Below, one piece after another: positions 18,366 to 19,794 of a stretch of DNA of 19,794 nucleotides. Within the stretch, counting starts at the first letter, position 1. Every line of letters starts with the position of its first letter. Source of the DNA: Tulanevirus 60ahydrpp (lineage: Duplodnaviria > Heunggongvirae > Uroviricota > Caudoviricetes > Straboviridae); IMG/VR virus record IMGVR_UViG_2974724359_000001, positions 1-19,794 of that record. One strand, 5' to 3'. The notes beneath the pieces are model-generated. The model did no database searches. It was not told the origin of the DNA and worked only from the letters and a program-made list of their open reading frames with translations. The translations under genes and the position numbers were made by a program.

Positions 18366-19794
18366 TATCCCACCCTTACCCATTTGTATGCTGTAATTAT
18401 CGGAGGAAGAATATTAATGTTTCCTGGCGATGTATTTCCTTTATTTACAGCAAGGACTGATTCTACGTATTTTGTATAGCCAGGACCAGATGCATCAGGG
18501 TCGACCTGACAGCCGCCGATAATAATATTCCCACCATCATTTGCTACCAAAACTTTATCAACTGAAACAAGCTCGGGTATATTCTGAGGAATTAATTCAA
18601 CAGATTTTGAACCATATGTTCCGCCTGCAGTATGACTGGGATTACCGAGATTGTCAAGATCATTATTGTTTAAACCAAATTCAACATCCGCTTGATTTGA
18701 CGTCCACCCTGCAACCAAACGACCTTCGGCATATCTTTTCCATACACCAAATCCCATGTAATCACGCGGGTTAGCGGAGTTATTAGCATTCTCGTATATC
18801 GTTCCGATTGGATAGAAAATATCAAACATCTGCTGAATATTTTCGATTCTCCCATTGAAAATTCCGGGAATAACTTGAGCCGTGCTTTGGCTAGGATTGT
18901 CGAAGTCGGTATATTCGATCTGGTTTTGGATTGATATTTCTTGTTCGGTATTGAGATAAATCAAATCAGCTTTTTCTTTAATGCCGTTTGTTCCTTCCCA
19001 ATCCAACAGAGTACCAATGTCATTATTGAACCATCTGAGGGTGATCATATCACCAGATTCAAACGTTCTTCCGAACTTAATATCGGTAATATTACCGTCG
19101 TCATCCAATACGATAGAATAATCAATAGATGACGGAATCCAGTTGCCACCATTACCCCAACACATTTGCTGAGTATCGCCAATTGCATTCTCGCAGATGA
19201 ACATTGGCAAATCGCCCGCCCCTGCTCGATTAAGCATCGTCCCATTTAGAAGAACTTCAAGCGAATTTGGATTTATTCTATTGTTTGGCTGAATATCGAA
19301 TTCATCAATAGTGAAATCAGTTTTTGTCGAAATATCTCCAACCCAAATTTCACCAGGCGATGACGTTTTCTGTGTTGTTGATGCATCAAAAATCTGAATA
19401 TTCTTAAGGTTATATGAACTCCGATAAGAAGCTATTCCGTCCATGTAGGTGACAATTGTTACGGTATCACCCTTTTTGATGTCAATATCGCGAATTCGAA
19501 TACTTCTACCATCTAATGGCAGCACTGATGTCGAATTGGCTGGGTCGATAGATCCATAGTTTGAGTTTTCATTTAAAGTGTCGCCGTAATACAGCAAGTT
19601 ACCGCGTAGATAGACTTCGAGGTTTGCAATATTGTAATTTGTTGCCCCAAACACGTTAGGAAAATCGGTTTGACCATCAACAGCCACGACTATTTCTTTT
19701 TTGGCGACAGTACTCAAATCAGATGTTGTAATTTTATCAACGCGCTTGTTCTCTACGTATTCCCATCTGCCAGGCGAACAATATACAAGCTCAA
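18365..19794 (-). CDS. 10: Baseplate wedge subunit gp10, 5'-truncated by the window edge
   Basis: The frame stays open to the window end (ELVYCSPGRWEYVENK...). Motifs YPIGTIYEN, NPRDYMGFGVW, GLNNNDLD and IIIGGCQVDPD. The ORF-track start at 19717 is an internal TTG. Confidence 0.97.
   Translation of the reverse strand, partial: ELVYCSPGRWEYVENKRVDKITTSDLSTVAKKEIVVAVDGQTDFPNVFGATNYNIANLEVYLRGNLLYYGDTLNENSNYGSIDPANSTSVLPLDGRSIRIRDIDIKKGDTVTIVTYMDGIASYRSSYNLKNIQIFDASTTQKTSSPGEIWVGDISTKTDFTIDEFDIQPNNRINPNSLEVLLNGTMLNRAGAGDLPMFICENAIGDTQQMCWGNGGNWIPSSIDYSIVLDDDGNITDIKFGRTFESGDMITLRWFNNDIGTLLDWEGTNGIKEKADLIYLNTEQEISIQNQIEYTDFDNPSQSTAQVIPGIFNGRIENIQQMFDIFYPIGTIYENANNSANPRDYMGFGVWKRYAEGRLVAGWTSNQADVEFGLNNNDLDNLGNPSHTAGGTYGSKSVELIPQNIPELVSVDKVLVANDGGNIIIGGCQVDPDASGPGYTKYVESVLAVNKGNTSPGNINILPPIITAYKWVRVG
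18442..18449 (-). promoter_or_regulatory. Candidate late promoter variant TGTAAATA about 80 nt upstream of gp11
   Basis: One-mismatch -10 box inside the 3' end of gene 10. Confidence 0.25.

Noticed and set aside
18366-18383. Upstream start for gp11 (MGKGGI...)
   Set aside because: It lies inside gp10. ATG 18365 forms the usual TAATG coupling overlap.

Overview
This window is the core virion-morphogenesis block of a T4-like myovirus (Straboviridae), with every real gene on the minus strand. In transcription order (right to left) it carries gp10 (partial), gp11, gp12, wac, gp13, gp14, gp15, gp16, gp17, gp18, gp19, gp20, gp67, gp68, gp21, gp22, gp23, a disrupted orphan gene and gp24. The gp16 and gp23 sequences resemble those I remember from Aeromonas T4-like phages (44RR2.8t/25/31 group); that host assignment is recollection, not a database result. 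I see no homing endonuclease, intron, tRNA, CRISPR array or mobile element. Four departures from T4 deserve attention. (1) gp12 has its T4 collar and receptor-binding end replaced by a temperate-phage-like fibre segment plus a Peptidase S74-type intramolecular chaperone whose catalytic Ser position is Cys. (2) Fibritin continues about 137 aa past its foldon-like motif into a beta-rich, possibly C1q/TNF-like domain. (3) The wac-gp13 spacer is packed with overlapping inverted repeats, including a 9-bp anti-Shine-Dalgarno for gp13, which suggests a structured RNA switch. (4) A multiply frameshifted gene of about 118 aa lies between gp23 and gp24, either a pseudogene or a sequencing artefact. All T4 comparisons are from memory and need alignment to confirm.
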